From Nitrospirota bacterium (GTDB taxonomy: Bacteria; Nitrospirota; UBA9217), in assembly GCA_963751455.1 (NCBI GenBank), contig CAVVUN010000001.1, forward strand, positions 224,001 through 288,000: a stretch of 64,000 nt of DNA. The letters run 5' to 3'. A model generated the notes under the pieces. It searched no databases. It had not been told where the DNA came from and saw only the letters and a program-made list of their open reading frames with translations. Both the position numbers and the translations under genes were made by a program. Below are positions 10,422 through 21,136 of the stretch, piece by piece (position 1 is the stretch's first letter; every line of letters begins with the position of its first letter).

Positions 10422-10425
10422 AGGA

Positions 10426-10493
10426 ATTATATAATAAAAATATTATAATTTCAATATTTTTTTATTTGCTCAATATAATACTTTTATTATATT
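10426..10493. promoter_or_regulatory. Divergent promoters with two identical-arm operators TATAATA-N4-TATTATA
   Basis: Operators at 10430-10447 and 10474-10491. Minus-strand TTGAAA-N17-TATAAT ends 4 nt before the toxin ATG. Plus-strand TTGCTC-N16-TATATT faces the transposase relic. Confidence 0.65.
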
Positions 10494-10545
10494 AACGTTT
10501 TATTGGTTCCATTGCCTATATGTTATTGATTTTAAAGAAATAGTA

Positions 10546-10935
10546 ATGAATCGTATCATGACCAAAGGCGTTTGGCAAGGAAAATCACCGGGCAACCTGT
10601 CTTGACAGGCCGGCAAAAGGTAGGTTATAAAGCTTCTGGCCTCTGTCGGTTAGGCCTGTTCCGATTATCAGCATAACGCCCTGCAGATTTCAATTGTAAG
10701 CCCATTCAGTGTGATAAGATTGGTCTTTCTGCTATGCAAAAGAAATGAACGTACTCGCGACAAAAGGGCCAATGGGCGTTAGGATGATGTTCACATTTTG
10801 GACAGTCACAGATGCGGATTCAAAGCTTGTTCTTGTTTGAGATGTAAAATCAGCAAGGCTTTTTATGCAGGAGACACTATCGATGATGAATATATCGCAG
10901 GTTCATCCCAAAGACAACGACATTCATGCTACGCA
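10546..10935 (+). pseudogene. Degenerate IS1-family transposase fragment
   Basis: Stops and frameshifts, but reads MNR…IKLLASVG*ACSDYQHNAL…CKPIQCD…WSFCYAKEMNV…FWTVTDADSKLV…SARLFMQ. This resembles the IS1-family IQCDEIWSFCYAK…WTAIDADSKL segment, recognised from memory. Confidence 0.7.
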
Positions 10936-11068
10936 ACCGAGGGGATTTACTCTTGCTACAAAAATTAGCAAGCACACTGCATCAAACAAATATTTGCTGA
11001 TATGTAATCAGCTGTTTTATCTCTAATGCCATGTTTTTAAAAGCATATTAAAATATAATACTTCAGAA

Positions 11069-11090
11069 TGTAGTGAACTGTAGTGAACTG
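11069..11090 (+). repeat. Tandem 10-bp repeat TGTAGTGAAC x2; putative integrase arm-type sites
   Basis: About 60 bp inside one att core. A related TGTAGTGGA lies at 8581-8589, about 55 bp inside the other core. Confidence 0.5.
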
Positions 11091-11147
11091 ACTGAGTTGC
11101 GAGGTTTTACGTTGAGATGAGAAAAGCCGCGTCAATTGCGGATGGAA

Positions 11148-11222
11148 TGGAGCCGGCGAGTGGGATTGAACCACCGACCTGCTGATTACGAATCAGCTGC
11201 TCTACCACTGAGCTACGCCGGC
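11148..11222 (-). tRNA. tRNA-Thr(CGT)
   Basis: GCCGGCGTAGCTCAGTGGTAGAGCAGCTGATTCGTAATCAGCAGGTCGGTGGTTCAATCCCACTCGCCGGCTCCA: cloverleaf, anticodon CGT, encoded CCA. Confidence 0.97.
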
Positions 11223-11370
11223 AAAAAAGAGCGATGAAAGAACCGGGTTGTTTATACAATATTCCCTACAGTACTGTCAAGAAAATCTTTGGTACGCCTG
11301 CCTTTAAGGGGCTCATCCCTTGTTTTTTTGTCCGATTGTTTTTTATGAACATTTGATTTATACTCCGTTC

Positions 11371-14064
11371 ATGAATGAAATAATCACCACAGGAAATTCT
11401 AAAAAAAGAAGGCTGTATATTATCGACGGTCATTCGTATATTTACCGGGCCTTTTACGCCCTCAAAAACCTGTCTACGTCCCAGGGAATGCCAACCAATG
11501 CAATTTTCGGTTTTACCAACATGCTGCTCAAGGTAATAAAGGAGAAAGCACCCGATCTGGTCGCCATCGTATTCGATCCCCCGGGTCCTACCAGAAGGCA
11601 TATTGAGTACAAAGAATATAAATCTCACCGTCCGCCCATGCCCCGGGACCTGGTCCCGCAGATACCGTACATCCACAAGCTGGTCCAGGCATTCCGTATC
11701 CCGGTTTTTATGGAGAATGGCCAGGAGGCAGACGACGTGATTGCGACCCTGGCGCGCAAAGCTGAAACATCTGGAATAGAGGTTGTCATCGTGACCGGCG
11801 ATAAGGACATTTTGCAGCTCGTGGGTCCGAACATCAAAGTCTATGATACCATGAAAGAAAAAGTCTATGAGCCGAAGGATGTAGAAGAACGGTTCGGCGT
11901 CCCGACTGACCGTGTTGTCGAGATCATGGGACTCATGGGAGACGCGTCGGACAATATTCCCGGTGTGCCGGGCATCGGCGAGAAGACCGCTCAGGCGCTT
12001 ATCCGCCAATATGAAACCATAGAGAACGCGATCAAACACGCGTCAGAGATCTCCAAACCGAAGCTCAGGCAATCGCTCATGGAGAACGCGCACCTGGCCC
12101 GGTTGAGCCGGGAACTTGCCCGGCTCTGCGACGACCTGCCGCTTGCTATTGATTATAATGCGCTCAAGGTCGCAGAGCCCGACAACCCGGCCCTCCTGGC
12201 TCTCTTGCGGGAGCTCGAATTTCCTTCCCTCTTGAAATATGTGACAATTGAGGCTGAACAGGAAAAACAATACAGCACGGTGCTGACCGAAACCGACCTT
12301 CAAAACCTGATAAGAACGCTGTCGACGACCCGCGAGTTTTCGTTCGATACGAAGACCACGTCGCTCAATCCGATGCTTGGCGAGTTGGTGGGCATTGCCT
12401 TCTCAGTGAAATCAGGCGAGGGATTTTACCTGCCGCTTGCGCATTCCTGCCCCGGCGCCCCTGCGCAGCTGCCCCTTGATGAGGGCTTGGCCCGGCTAAA
12501 GCCGGTTTTCAGCGACCCGTCGATAAAAAAAACCGGGCAAGACCTGAAAAATCATCTCCTCGTTCTCGGCCGTCATGGAATCGATGTGATGGGGATATCG
12601 TTCGATACTAAGATAGGGTCGTATCTTTTGAATCCCGGCCGTACAGCGCATACTACAGAGGCCCTCGCACTTGAATATCTGAATTATAAATCTACAACCC
12701 ACGCGCAGATAACAGGCACGGGCAAAAAGCGGATCTGTTTTGACGCGGTGGATATCAAAACGGCCACGGAGTATCTGTGTGAAGAAGCCGATATCGCGCT
12801 TCGTTTGAAGAACGTGCTTGAGCCGAAGCTCCAGGAGCAGAACCTTGAAGGCCTGTTCCGTGATATGGAAATGCCGCTCCTGGAAGTGCTCGCCGATATG
12901 GAAAGAAGTGGAATCAAGGTCGACGCAGAATATCTTAAAACCTTATCGGTTCGTCTCGAGAAGGAAACCGCTTCGATCATCGAAGCCATCTACGGACTGG
13001 CAGGCTGCGAATTCAATATAAATTCTCCGAAACAGATGGCCGATATTCTTTTCGTGAAACTTCAGCTGACACCCACAAAAAAAACGAAAACGGGATTTTC
13101 CACGAACGTAGACGTTCTCGAAGAGCTCGCCCACGTTCATCCCTTGCCCGCTCAAATCCTCAAGTACCGCACGCTCTCCAAGCTCAAGTCTACCTATATC
13201 GACGCGTTACCACTCATGATAAACCCGGAAACCGGCAGGCTCCACACCACGTTCAACCAGACAGTGACCGCAACGGGCAGGCTTTCCAGCAGCGACCCCA
13301 ATCTCCAGAACATTCCGATACGAAACGACGTCGGCAGGGAGATCAGAAAAGCGTTTATCGCGGACGAAGGCGCGAGCATCATTTCCGCGGATTATTCCCA
13401 GATCGAGCTTCGGGTGCTCGCGCATATGAGCGGCGACCAGGGTCTCATTCAGACGTTTCTCGACGACCAGGATGTTCATACGAGAACCGCTTCCGAGATC
13501 TTCGGCCTGGCACCGGAGGAAATCACCTCGGAGATGCGCCGCAGGGCCAAGGCGGTCAACTTCGGCATTATTTACGGGATCTCCGCGTTCGGGCTGGCCC
13601 AGGACATCGGCGTCTCGAACACCGAGGCGAAGCGCTACATTGACAGCTACTTCAGCCGCTATCCGGGCGTAAAGGAATTTCTGGACACAACAGTGCGGGA
13701 AGCCAAGCTAAAGGGTTTCGTCACCACACTCTTTGGCAGACGCCGTTTTATTCCGGAGCTGGCATCAGCGGCAGCGGCGATCCGAAGCTTCGGCGAACGA
13801 ATGGCACTCAATACACCTATCCAGGGAACCGCCGCCGATCTTATAAAGATCGCAATGATCCGCATCCACAAGCGAATTCAGAAACAGAAGCTGAAATCGA
13901 GGATGATTCTGCAAGTGCATGATGAACTTGTCTTTGAAACACCGGATATTGAGATAGAGCCGATGAAGAAGCTGATTCAAGAAGAAATGGAGAGCGCTGC
14001 CTCACTGACAGTGCATATCAAAGTGGACATCGGCGCGGGAAAAAACTGGGAAGAAGCGCATTAA
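11371..14064 (+). CDS. polA: DNA polymerase I
   Basis: 5'-3' exonuclease (IIDGHSYIYRAFY, EADDVIATLA), polymerase motifs ADYSQIELR, KAVNFGIIYG, LQVHDELV. Confidence 0.97.
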   Translation: MNEIITTGNSKKRRLYIIDGHSYIYRAFYALKNLSTSQGMPTNAIFGFTNMLLKVIKEKAPDLVAIVFDPPGPTRRHIEYKEYKSHRPPMPRDLVPQIPYIHKLVQAFRIPVFMENGQEADDVIATLARKAETSGIEVVIVTGDKDILQLVGPNIKVYDTMKEKVYEPKDVEERFGVPTDRVVEIMGLMGDASDNIPGVPGIGEKTAQALIRQYETIENAIKHASEISKPKLRQSLMENAHLARLSRELARLCDDLPLAIDYNALKVAEPDNPALLALLRELEFPSLLKYVTIEAEQEKQYSTVLTETDLQNLIRTLSTTREFSFDTKTTSLNPMLGELVGIAFSVKSGEGFYLPLAHSCPGAPAQLPLDEGLARLKPVFSDPSIKKTGQDLKNHLLVLGRHGIDVMGISFDTKIGSYLLNPGRTAHTTEALALEYLNYKSTTHAQITGTGKKRICFDAVDIKTATEYLCEEADIALRLKNVLEPKLQEQNLEGLFRDMEMPLLEVLADMERSGIKVDAEYLKTLSVRLEKETASIIEAIYGLAGCEFNINSPKQMADILFVKLQLTPTKKTKTGFSTNVDVLEELAHVHPLPAQILKYRTLSKLKSTYIDALPLMINPETGRLHTTFNQTVTATGRLSSSDPNLQNIPIRNDVGREIRKAFIADEGASIISADYSQIELRVLAHMSGDQGLIQTFLDDQDVHTRTASEIFGLAPEEITSEMRRRAKAVNFGIIYGISAFGLAQDIGVSNTEAKRYIDSYFSRYPGVKEFLDTTVREAKLKGFVTTLFGRRRFIPELASAAAAIRSFGERMALNTPIQGTAADLIKIAMIRIHKRIQKQKLKSRMILQVHDELVFETPDIEIEPMKKLIQEEMESAASLTVHIKVDIGAGKNWEEAH

Positions 14065-14067
14065 GCA

Positions 14068-14140
14068 GCATAGGGCAGAGCGCGTGGAGTATGGAGCTTG
14101 CGCATACGTCGATTTCATTTTTTTCGCTCTGCGCTTTGCG
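14068..14140. repeat. Palindromic array of 7-bp units (GCAWAGN family) between convergent polA and tamB
   Basis: GCATAGG GCAGAGC GCGTGGA GTATGGA … CTCTGCG CTTTGCG. Same family as 45975-46045. Confidence 0.6.
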
Positions 14141-14143
14141 GAC

Positions 14144-17100
14144 TTATTTGAACTCAAACCTGTACTTAATGTCCGCGCCGGTGTTTCCCAGTTCATTCCG
14201 CTCACCTACCAGCGAAAAGTGCCTGTCCAGGATGTATTCTATTCTAAAAACCTGCTCCGGCGTTGTGGACCCCACGTTCGAGGAATACGTGACATAGAGC
14301 TTGTCCTGTACGATCTCCTTGCCCACCGTAACCCGCGGCACGGACGTATCGTTTTTGCTTATATAAGGGTCCACCTGGAACCGGTCGAGTCCGGTCAAAC
14401 TGCGGGCACTGCTTTCAAAGATGTCCTGGAACTGCCCGGTTGCAAAGTAGGCTGCCTCGTTCATACCGACGCCGGCCTCATGCCCCATGAGTTCGGCGCT
14501 CTTCTTCCCCAAGGCGAGCAGCGCGAGGATGTCCGAGTCCGGCAGTGACGGATCGGAGACCAGCGTTACTACGGCACGGTCGGCGGTGCCGGAAACCGCC
14601 AACCCGATACGGTACTCACGCTCAACATCGCGGACCCGAATCTCAGCCTGAATATCGAGCACCGGGTTGATTCTGTTCGGGTCCACGAAATCCGCCGACG
14701 CATGAACGATCCTGAATTCGTTTTTCCTAAAGTACACGGAGCCTTTCGGCGCCGCGACCCTGCCCAGGAGCTGCGGCTGGTTCACGGTGCCCCTCAGGAA
14801 AACATCTACATCCAGAGGCATTTTCGCAAGATTATTCTGGAACAGTATTCCCTCTTTCCCGTGAAACCGGATGTTGATATGCATATCGCCGACCCGTCCG
14901 GCCTCGGCCTTTTTTTTCTGGTAGAGGCCCCTTCCGACATCGACGAGCATGCTCTTCCACTCCACCCGTTTATCATACCTGGCGCGCCTGATCATGAGAT
15001 CGCCGGTCAAAGACTGTTCCGAGAGGTCGCCGTCGTAATACAGGCTTCCGGAAAAGGTCGATGTAAGCCCTTCCGGGTAGCGTACCGTAACGTTTTCAAA
15101 AGCGGCCGTTGTGGAAAAATCTCTCAGAGCGAAACCGTCCAGCTGGGCCCATCCTGTCGCGTTTACCATGCCGCCCCCGAAATCTCCGTTAACAGAATCC
15201 ACGACAAGCCGGCTGCGGTCAAACGTAAGCCTTCCCTTCAAGCCCGATAATTTCTGAGGAATGTCTCTTATCTTGACCTCGCCGTTCCTTACAAGCAGCT
15301 CGCCAGTCACTTCGGGGTTTTTCCATTCATCTCTCACAGTAAGCTTGACTTCAGCTATTCCGTCTGCATGCTCTATTTCTCGAAACAGGAGCCTGAGGAT
15401 AGACATATTTACAGATCCCGTGAGCGAGAGGTCAGCATCTCTGAAAAATCCTGTTCCTCCTGCAACCCCGATCTTGGTACCCGGCCCATTCATATCGAGC
15501 GCATGTATCATGATTTTTCCTGCCTGCAGGGACGCGTTTATTTCCGCGGAATTTTCAATGCGATAATCCCCGATCAGGAAACTCAAACGACGAAAAGATG
15601 CCGTGCCTGAAAACGTCGATGATTCGGTGCCGCTGCCACGCAGGTTCATGTTTCCATCTGCCGTCACTTTGACACGGCCCAGAAGTTCTTTTCCCCCGGC
15701 AACAAGAAAAGGGTCTATGGTCTCTGCATTGACCTTCGCCTGCATGGTCCAGTTGTACGGTCTACTGAGCGCCATCCGTGCAGATAGACCTGCCCGACCC
15801 TCCCCCACTGCGGACTGAAAGGTAAGCACCCGATCGTTGATTTCCAGTCCGGCTGTAAGGCTTCCAATGCCCGTGTGGTTATAGAGAAGCTCGTCCATCT
15901 TGAGTGAAGCGGCTACGCGCGGCCGCGAGAAGGGTCCGTTCGATTCTATTTCGAAACCGCACTCTCCGTCGATCGGCAATCGCGGCAGATAATCTACTTC
16001 AGAAAGCTTTACCCCGCTGCCTTCTACGCGCGCCGCATACGATCCGTTGAATCCGATCCAGCCCGTTCCCCTCAACGTGCCGCTGCCCTTGACCACGTGG
16101 ACCTGGGGAAATTCGATCCTGTCCTTCGAAAGAGCGGCAGTAATGGTCGCGCGAGAAAAAGATTCGCCGTAAGCGCTTCCCGCTTCGAGTTCGAGATGAC
16201 CGTTTCCCGTAAAATCGGCCACCGTCCCGTCGAACGAAAGTTCGCCCCGGGCTGATAAGGTAAGCGGAATCGGCTTGTAAAAAAGGGCCACTACGCTGAC
16301 TACGTCCGAACGTACCACTTTGAGACGGGCGGAAAAAACCGTTTCTGGGCCGGAAATATCGGCAGATCCATCGAACACGTAATGAGAGTCCTGCTGATGG
16401 ATGTCGACGGACGCAAGTGTAAGCTTCCTGTCGCTGTATCGGACCGTACCCTCGGCCCTGTTAAACAATATTCCGCGTATCGCCGTCGGGCCTGCCCTCA
16501 ACTTCCCCTGGAAAGCCGGAGCGATAAAAGCGCCCGACACGGTACCGGAAACTTCGATCCTGCCATCCAGCGGAAGCGATGTAAGAAAGGAGAGCGTCCG
16601 GCCGCGGTCTCCCGATTCAGCTTGCAGCTGCACATCAAATCCCCGTTGCGGGTCGGCCCTGCCCGACAGAGCTGATCGCCAGATCGCCTGCCAGGATATG
16701 GAAATGCCGGATATCCAGTCCTTGTTCCCGGTAGCCGAATACTGCATCGAACGAGTCTATCATGACATCTTTGTTAGCCCTCGCCACCTTCCAGTTTCGG
16801 CCGATCAGCTTCAAATTGTTATCGCCGTAATTGAATGCTGCGCTGGCATCACGGAGCAGCAGACCTTCGTAGGAAATGCCTTCCAGGCGGACTGTTCCGT
16901 CAACCGCGGGACTGGTGATGTTTCCCCTAATCGTTGCCTCAGCCTCTATATGCGGATTATGTTCCTTTTTTTTGAAAGCTTTAAATACATCCGTAAATTT
17001 ACCGATTGTTTGCAGGCCTGACTGCATTCTGACTTTCAGGTTCAAAGCAACATCGGGCAGGCGGCCGAGATCGCCCGAAGCAGAAAGCGTGGTATCGGAC

Positions 17101-17786
17101 GAAGTGAGTTCTGACGACTCGACCCTGAACCTGCCGTGCTCGTAGCGGATTACCGCTTTCAGTCCTCCTGCCAATTCATTGTACGCCGGAGCAGTTGTGC
17201 GAATTTGACAATTTTTCACCGTGACTCTTGCGCTGTCGCTTCCCAGGCTGACCTTCGCACTGATCTGGATTCCGGACAGCGAGGCACTGGTGGCTGTTAG
17301 TTCGTCATTAAATGAAACCCTGCCCTGGTTCACTGCAATCGCGCCAAGGACTATCGTGAACCCCGAACTGCTGCGGGACGGCGTTCGGCCGATGTTTTGC
17401 CTAATCCGGTCCAGCATCTCGGTGTAGTTTAAAGTTCCGTCCTTTGCCCGCTTTATTGCAATCCGGGGCTCCAGAAACACGATTGATGGCATATTGATCT
17501 TTTTCAGGAGAAGCGAAACCGGGTTGATATAGACCTTTATTTTTCGGATCGCAGCCAGTTCTTCCCGTTTTCCGTCCGTAATAGAAATGTCCCTTGCCTC
17601 TATATAAATCGGAATGAAGTTGGCGCGGACAGAACCGATCTGGACGTCGTTCCCAAGCGCGGCTTTGAGCACGTCCGCCACGAGAGGTTTGAGCCTGCGC
17701 GCGAAACGGTCGCTCTGGGCGTAATATTCCGCCGCAATCAGCAGTACAAAGACCAGGATCGATATGGCAACGATAATTTTTTTCAC
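14144..17786 (-). CDS. tamB: Translocation/assembly module TamB (AsmA-like); apparent +1 frameshift near 16670
   Basis: N-terminal TM anchor, long beta-taco-type sequence, DUF490-like C-terminus (NPVLDIQAE…SDILALLALG…GADIKYRFEFK). ORFs 16635-17786 and 14144-16747 join by deleting one base. Confidence 0.82.
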
Positions 17787-17851
17787 AATGTTGGGATAAG
17801 ATTCCTTATATCAGGAAGACACAATGAAGAACCAATATGTTTTTTTTCAGA

Positions 17852-20431
17852 CTACTCGATGACTGAAAGCAAGGCTGTTTTGATCTTTTCGAGCCTTTCG
17901 CTGTCCGTGATCTTTTTTCGCAGCAGGTCCGTTACGTAGAAAGAATCCTTGACGCAGCCGCCTTCAGTCACAATTTTTGCTGAAGCGATGTCAAGATTCA
18001 AGTCATAGAGCGTCCTCGTGACGCGGAAAAGAAAGCCTACCATGTCTCGTGCTGTTATGTCGACAATCGTGAACGAATCAGAGCTCGTGTTGTCGAACTC
18101 AACGGATGACTGTATAGCCGCCGGCAAACGGCGCATCGCAGTATAGAGACCGGGTTCGGGCGGCTTGCTTTTTCCCATAAGCACAGTCTGCAGCTCCCTG
18201 CAAAGCGTTTCCCAGGCGTCGTCGTACGGGTAAATATTGCCCTCTGAGTCGGTTATCTGAAAGGTGTCTATCATTACCCCGTTTCGTGACGTATATACCT
18301 GTGCCCTCAAAATGTTCAGGTTCTTCGCGGCGATTGTACCTGCGGTGCGGTAGAACATGCCGTACGCGTCGTACGCGCAAACGATAAGTTCCGTGTATCC
18401 TTTTTCCGGATACTGTCTGTGCCGGATGACAAGATGTTCATCCTGAAGCCGTTTCATCATTCCCATATGAGCAACCGCTTTCCGTGCGGATGTATTGAGA
18501 AGGTATTGATCCGGCATGGCCGCTATAAATTCGTCAATGTCCGTAATCGAAAACAATTTTTGCGCTTCGTTTCTGATCCTGGCCGCTGCCGCTTCCAGGC
18601 GCGTTTGTTCCTGCTCGACCGCGTGGGCGCTCTTTTCTAAAAATTCAAGTGTCTTCACATAAAGATCGTCCAGGAGAACCGACTTCCACTGAGTCCACGC
18701 TGTCGGGTTTGTGGCTGAAATATCGGCATAGGTGAGCAGATAGAGCATACGAAGGTTTTCAGAGTCCCGCACAGTGCCGGCGAAATGAGCTATCACCTTC
18801 CGGTCGCTCAACTCCCGGCGCTGGGAAAGGTTTGACATAAGCAGATGGTTTTGAACGAGAAAGAGTATCCTGTCCCCGTCTTCCTTTTCCACGCCAAGCC
18901 GCATCAGGATGCCTGCCGCAATTTCGACGCCCCGCTGTTCGTGCTCCGACCGGTAGGCTTTTCCGAGATCATGAATCAGTACGGTAAGAAACAGGATCCA
19001 GCGTTCTTTCAGGGCACGAAGGGCTTGTCTCAGCATGGCAAGGGACGGGAAACGCCCGGACCATAAATCCTCCAGATTTCTTATGGCGAGAAGAATGTGT
19101 TCATCCACCGTATAGAGGTGGTAATAATCATGCCGGGCAAGCGCCTGGATCGGCCTGAATTCCGGGATATATCGTCCCAGAAAACGCAGTTCTTTCATGA
19201 GTCTCATTGTTTCAGCCAGATTGTCAGGATTATTGAGGATCGAAAGAAAGGCGGCCGAGGCAACGGGAGATGATCGTGCATCATCTTCGATTCTGCACTC
19301 CCGAACCATGGCTTTGAGCCTTTCTGAAAAAAAAGCGTGGCGGGACTGCGCGATTTCGAATGCTTTTAGAATCAGTGACGGTTCTGCTCTGCAGTCGGCC
19401 TCCGTCGTCGCAACCAGCGTCTTCCCGTTCAGGGAAAACGGTCCAAACGAGAGGCTTCTTTCATACCAGCGGCGCACGGGCTTCGGAAGAGCGGCTTCAA
19501 TGACGATATTCGAGAATTCGCGTATGTTCCGTGCATGGATGAAGTAGGCTTTCATAAAGCGCTCCACAGCAAGCAGGTGCGCAGAATCCCGGAAATGAAA
19601 ATGAAGCGCCGCCTGTTCCTGCAGATCGAACGTCAGGTGATCATTTTTACGTCCGGACAGGTAATGAATTTCGTTTCTCACTCTCCAGAGGAAATTGCGC
19701 GATCTGATGAAGACCGAATATTGCCCCTCGCTTACGATTCCCTGAACGACGAGGTCTGCCAGAGACTGTATACGCAAGTGTACGAAGGAAACCCAGAGCG
19801 CGGTATGGGCGTCCCGAAGCCCGCCTTCGCCTTCCTTGATGTTGGGTTCTCTCAGGTAGATGGAACCGCCGTATTTTCTCCGGGTCGCGTTCCTTTCCGA
19901 AATCTTGTCGTTGATAAAGCTCGCGGCCTTCCAGTAAAAAACCTCGCTGAGCATTTCTTTGAGGAATGACTCATACCGGGCCGGGTCGCCGGCAATAAGG
20001 CGGGATTCGATAAGGGAGGTCCGGATCTTGTTGTCCTGGCGGGCGAGTAAAACACATTCTTTCAGGGTGCGGACACTGTAGCCCAGGTCAAACCCGGCGT
20101 CCCACAGCATATACAGGAGGTCAGGCGAGCGTCTTCCTTCTTCTTCATCGCTGCAGAGAAACATGATGTCGATATCGGAATGGGGATTCAGTTCTCCCCT
20201 GCCGTAGCCCCCCACGGCAAGCAGGGCCGGCATAGGTCCGGCTGCAGACAGTCGTTCGTGGGAGTTTCGAAGAACCCGGTCTATCAAAGCGGTGCGGCGC
20301 TGCACCACCTCCGTGCCGGCTGCACCGTTAAAGTGCGCATCCCTGATGACCGCATTTTCCCGGTCCAGAAAGGCCTTAAGCGGGCCGTCAACGTCAAAAC
20401 ACTCTGATGATTGTCGGTTTACGGAGTTCAC
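17852..20431 (-). CDS. glnD: [Protein-PII] uridylyltransferase GlnD
   Basis: AVGGYGRGELNPHSDID NTase motif, EPNIKEGEGGLRD, HD domain (YHLYTVDEH, HDLGK), C-terminal ACT domains. Confidence 0.95.
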   Translation of the reverse strand: MNSVNRQSSECFDVDGPLKAFLDRENAVIRDAHFNGAAGTEVVQRRTALIDRVLRNSHERLSAAGPMPALLAVGGYGRGELNPHSDIDIMFLCSDEEEGRRSPDLLYMLWDAGFDLGYSVRTLKECVLLARQDNKIRTSLIESRLIAGDPARYESFLKEMLSEVFYWKAASFINDKISERNATRRKYGGSIYLREPNIKEGEGGLRDAHTALWVSFVHLRIQSLADLVVQGIVSEGQYSVFIRSRNFLWRVRNEIHYLSGRKNDHLTFDLQEQAALHFHFRDSAHLLAVERFMKAYFIHARNIREFSNIVIEAALPKPVRRWYERSLSFGPFSLNGKTLVATTEADCRAEPSLILKAFEIAQSRHAFFSERLKAMVRECRIEDDARSSPVASAAFLSILNNPDNLAETMRLMKELRFLGRYIPEFRPIQALARHDYYHLYTVDEHILLAIRNLEDLWSGRFPSLAMLRQALRALKERWILFLTVLIHDLGKAYRSEHEQRGVEIAAGILMRLGVEKEDGDRILFLVQNHLLMSNLSQRRELSDRKVIAHFAGTVRDSENLRMLYLLTYADISATNPTAWTQWKSVLLDDLYVKTLEFLEKSAHAVEQEQTRLEAAAARIRNEAQKLFSITDIDEFIAAMPDQYLLNTSARKAVAHMGMMKRLQDEHLVIRHRQYPEKGYTELIVCAYDAYGMFYRTAGTIAAKNLNILRAQVYTSRNGVMIDTFQITDSEGNIYPYDDAWETLCRELQTVLMGKSKPPEPGLYTAMRRLPAAIQSSVEFDNTSSDSFTIVDITARDMVGFLFRVTRTLYDLNLDIASAKIVTEGGCVKDSFYVTDLLRKKITDSERLEKIKTALLSVIE

Positions 20432-20461
20432 GATACGACACGCAGGAAAAGAAATGATTGG

Positions 20462-20527
20462 GGTTTGTTTAGTTTGTTTAGTTTGTTTGGTTTAAAACAA
20501 GACAAACCATATAAACCAAATAAACCA
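20462..20527. repeat. Palindromic array of 9-bp units (GTTTGTTTR / AAACCANAY family)
   Basis: GTTTGTTTA x2, GTTTGTTTGG TTTAAA … AAACCATAT AAACCAAAT AAACC. Same family as 34026-34104. Confidence 0.7.
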
Positions 20528-20537
20528 TTTAACGATA

Positions 20538-20960
20538 TTACTGCTTCACGCCTTTAAAACTAATCGATTTGATCTCTTCCATCATCAGCATGAAGCTGCC
20601 GAAACCCGCCTCGCCGAAACACCGCACGTCGGAGTCCATGTCGAGGGCTGTTTCGCTCCCATCGGCCATCCGGGCTGTGATTTTGATTTTGCGGTCATGT
20701 TTCTCTCCTACGATTACCTCCCTTACACGCTCGAAAGGCAGATTCACTTCAGCCATTCCCATGTATCCCGAAAACCGAATTCTGCCCTCACAGCTGAATT
20801 TCTCGCCCTCAATCTTGTGGCCCGACGCGTCAACCACCGTGACCGAGAAATTTTTATCTACCCGCGGGGCCCGGTCGAACCCTCCGCCCTTCCCCCCCAT
20901 GGCACTAAGAAGAAAAAATGCGGACAAAACCAGAATCGCGGATGAGAATCGTTTCAGCAT
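20538..20960 (-). CDS. Exported hypothetical protein
   Basis: 140 aa with signal-peptide-like N-terminus (…LLSAMGGKGGG) and AGGAG RBS. Confidence 0.7.
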   Translation of the reverse strand: MLKRFSSAILVLSAFFLLSAMGGKGGGFDRAPRVDKNFSVTVVDASGHKIEGEKFSCEGRIRFSGYMGMAEVNLPFERVREVIVGEKHDRKIKITARMADGSETALDMDSDVRCFGEAGFGSFMLMMEEIKSISFKGVKQ

Positions 20961-21136
20961 GTTCGAACTCCTTTCAGAATCGCGGGTTTAGGGCTTACAT
21001 ATGCTTCGTAAGATACCATATCGAAATATGGCTTTCAACAAAAAAGCTTGCCCCGAGGCATTCATGTGACTATACTGAGCAAGGGTAAATATCCAATCAC
21101 CATTACTCATTTTCCGATTAATATCAGGAGTTTGAA

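Larger units (their letters stand above)
8479..11195. mobile_element. tRNA-Thr-integrated genomic islet (2669 bp repeat-to-repeat), no integrase
   Basis: Flanked by 48-bp direct repeats of the tRNA 3' end. Visibly AT-rich. Carries TA-type genes and a transposase relic. Confidence 0.9.
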
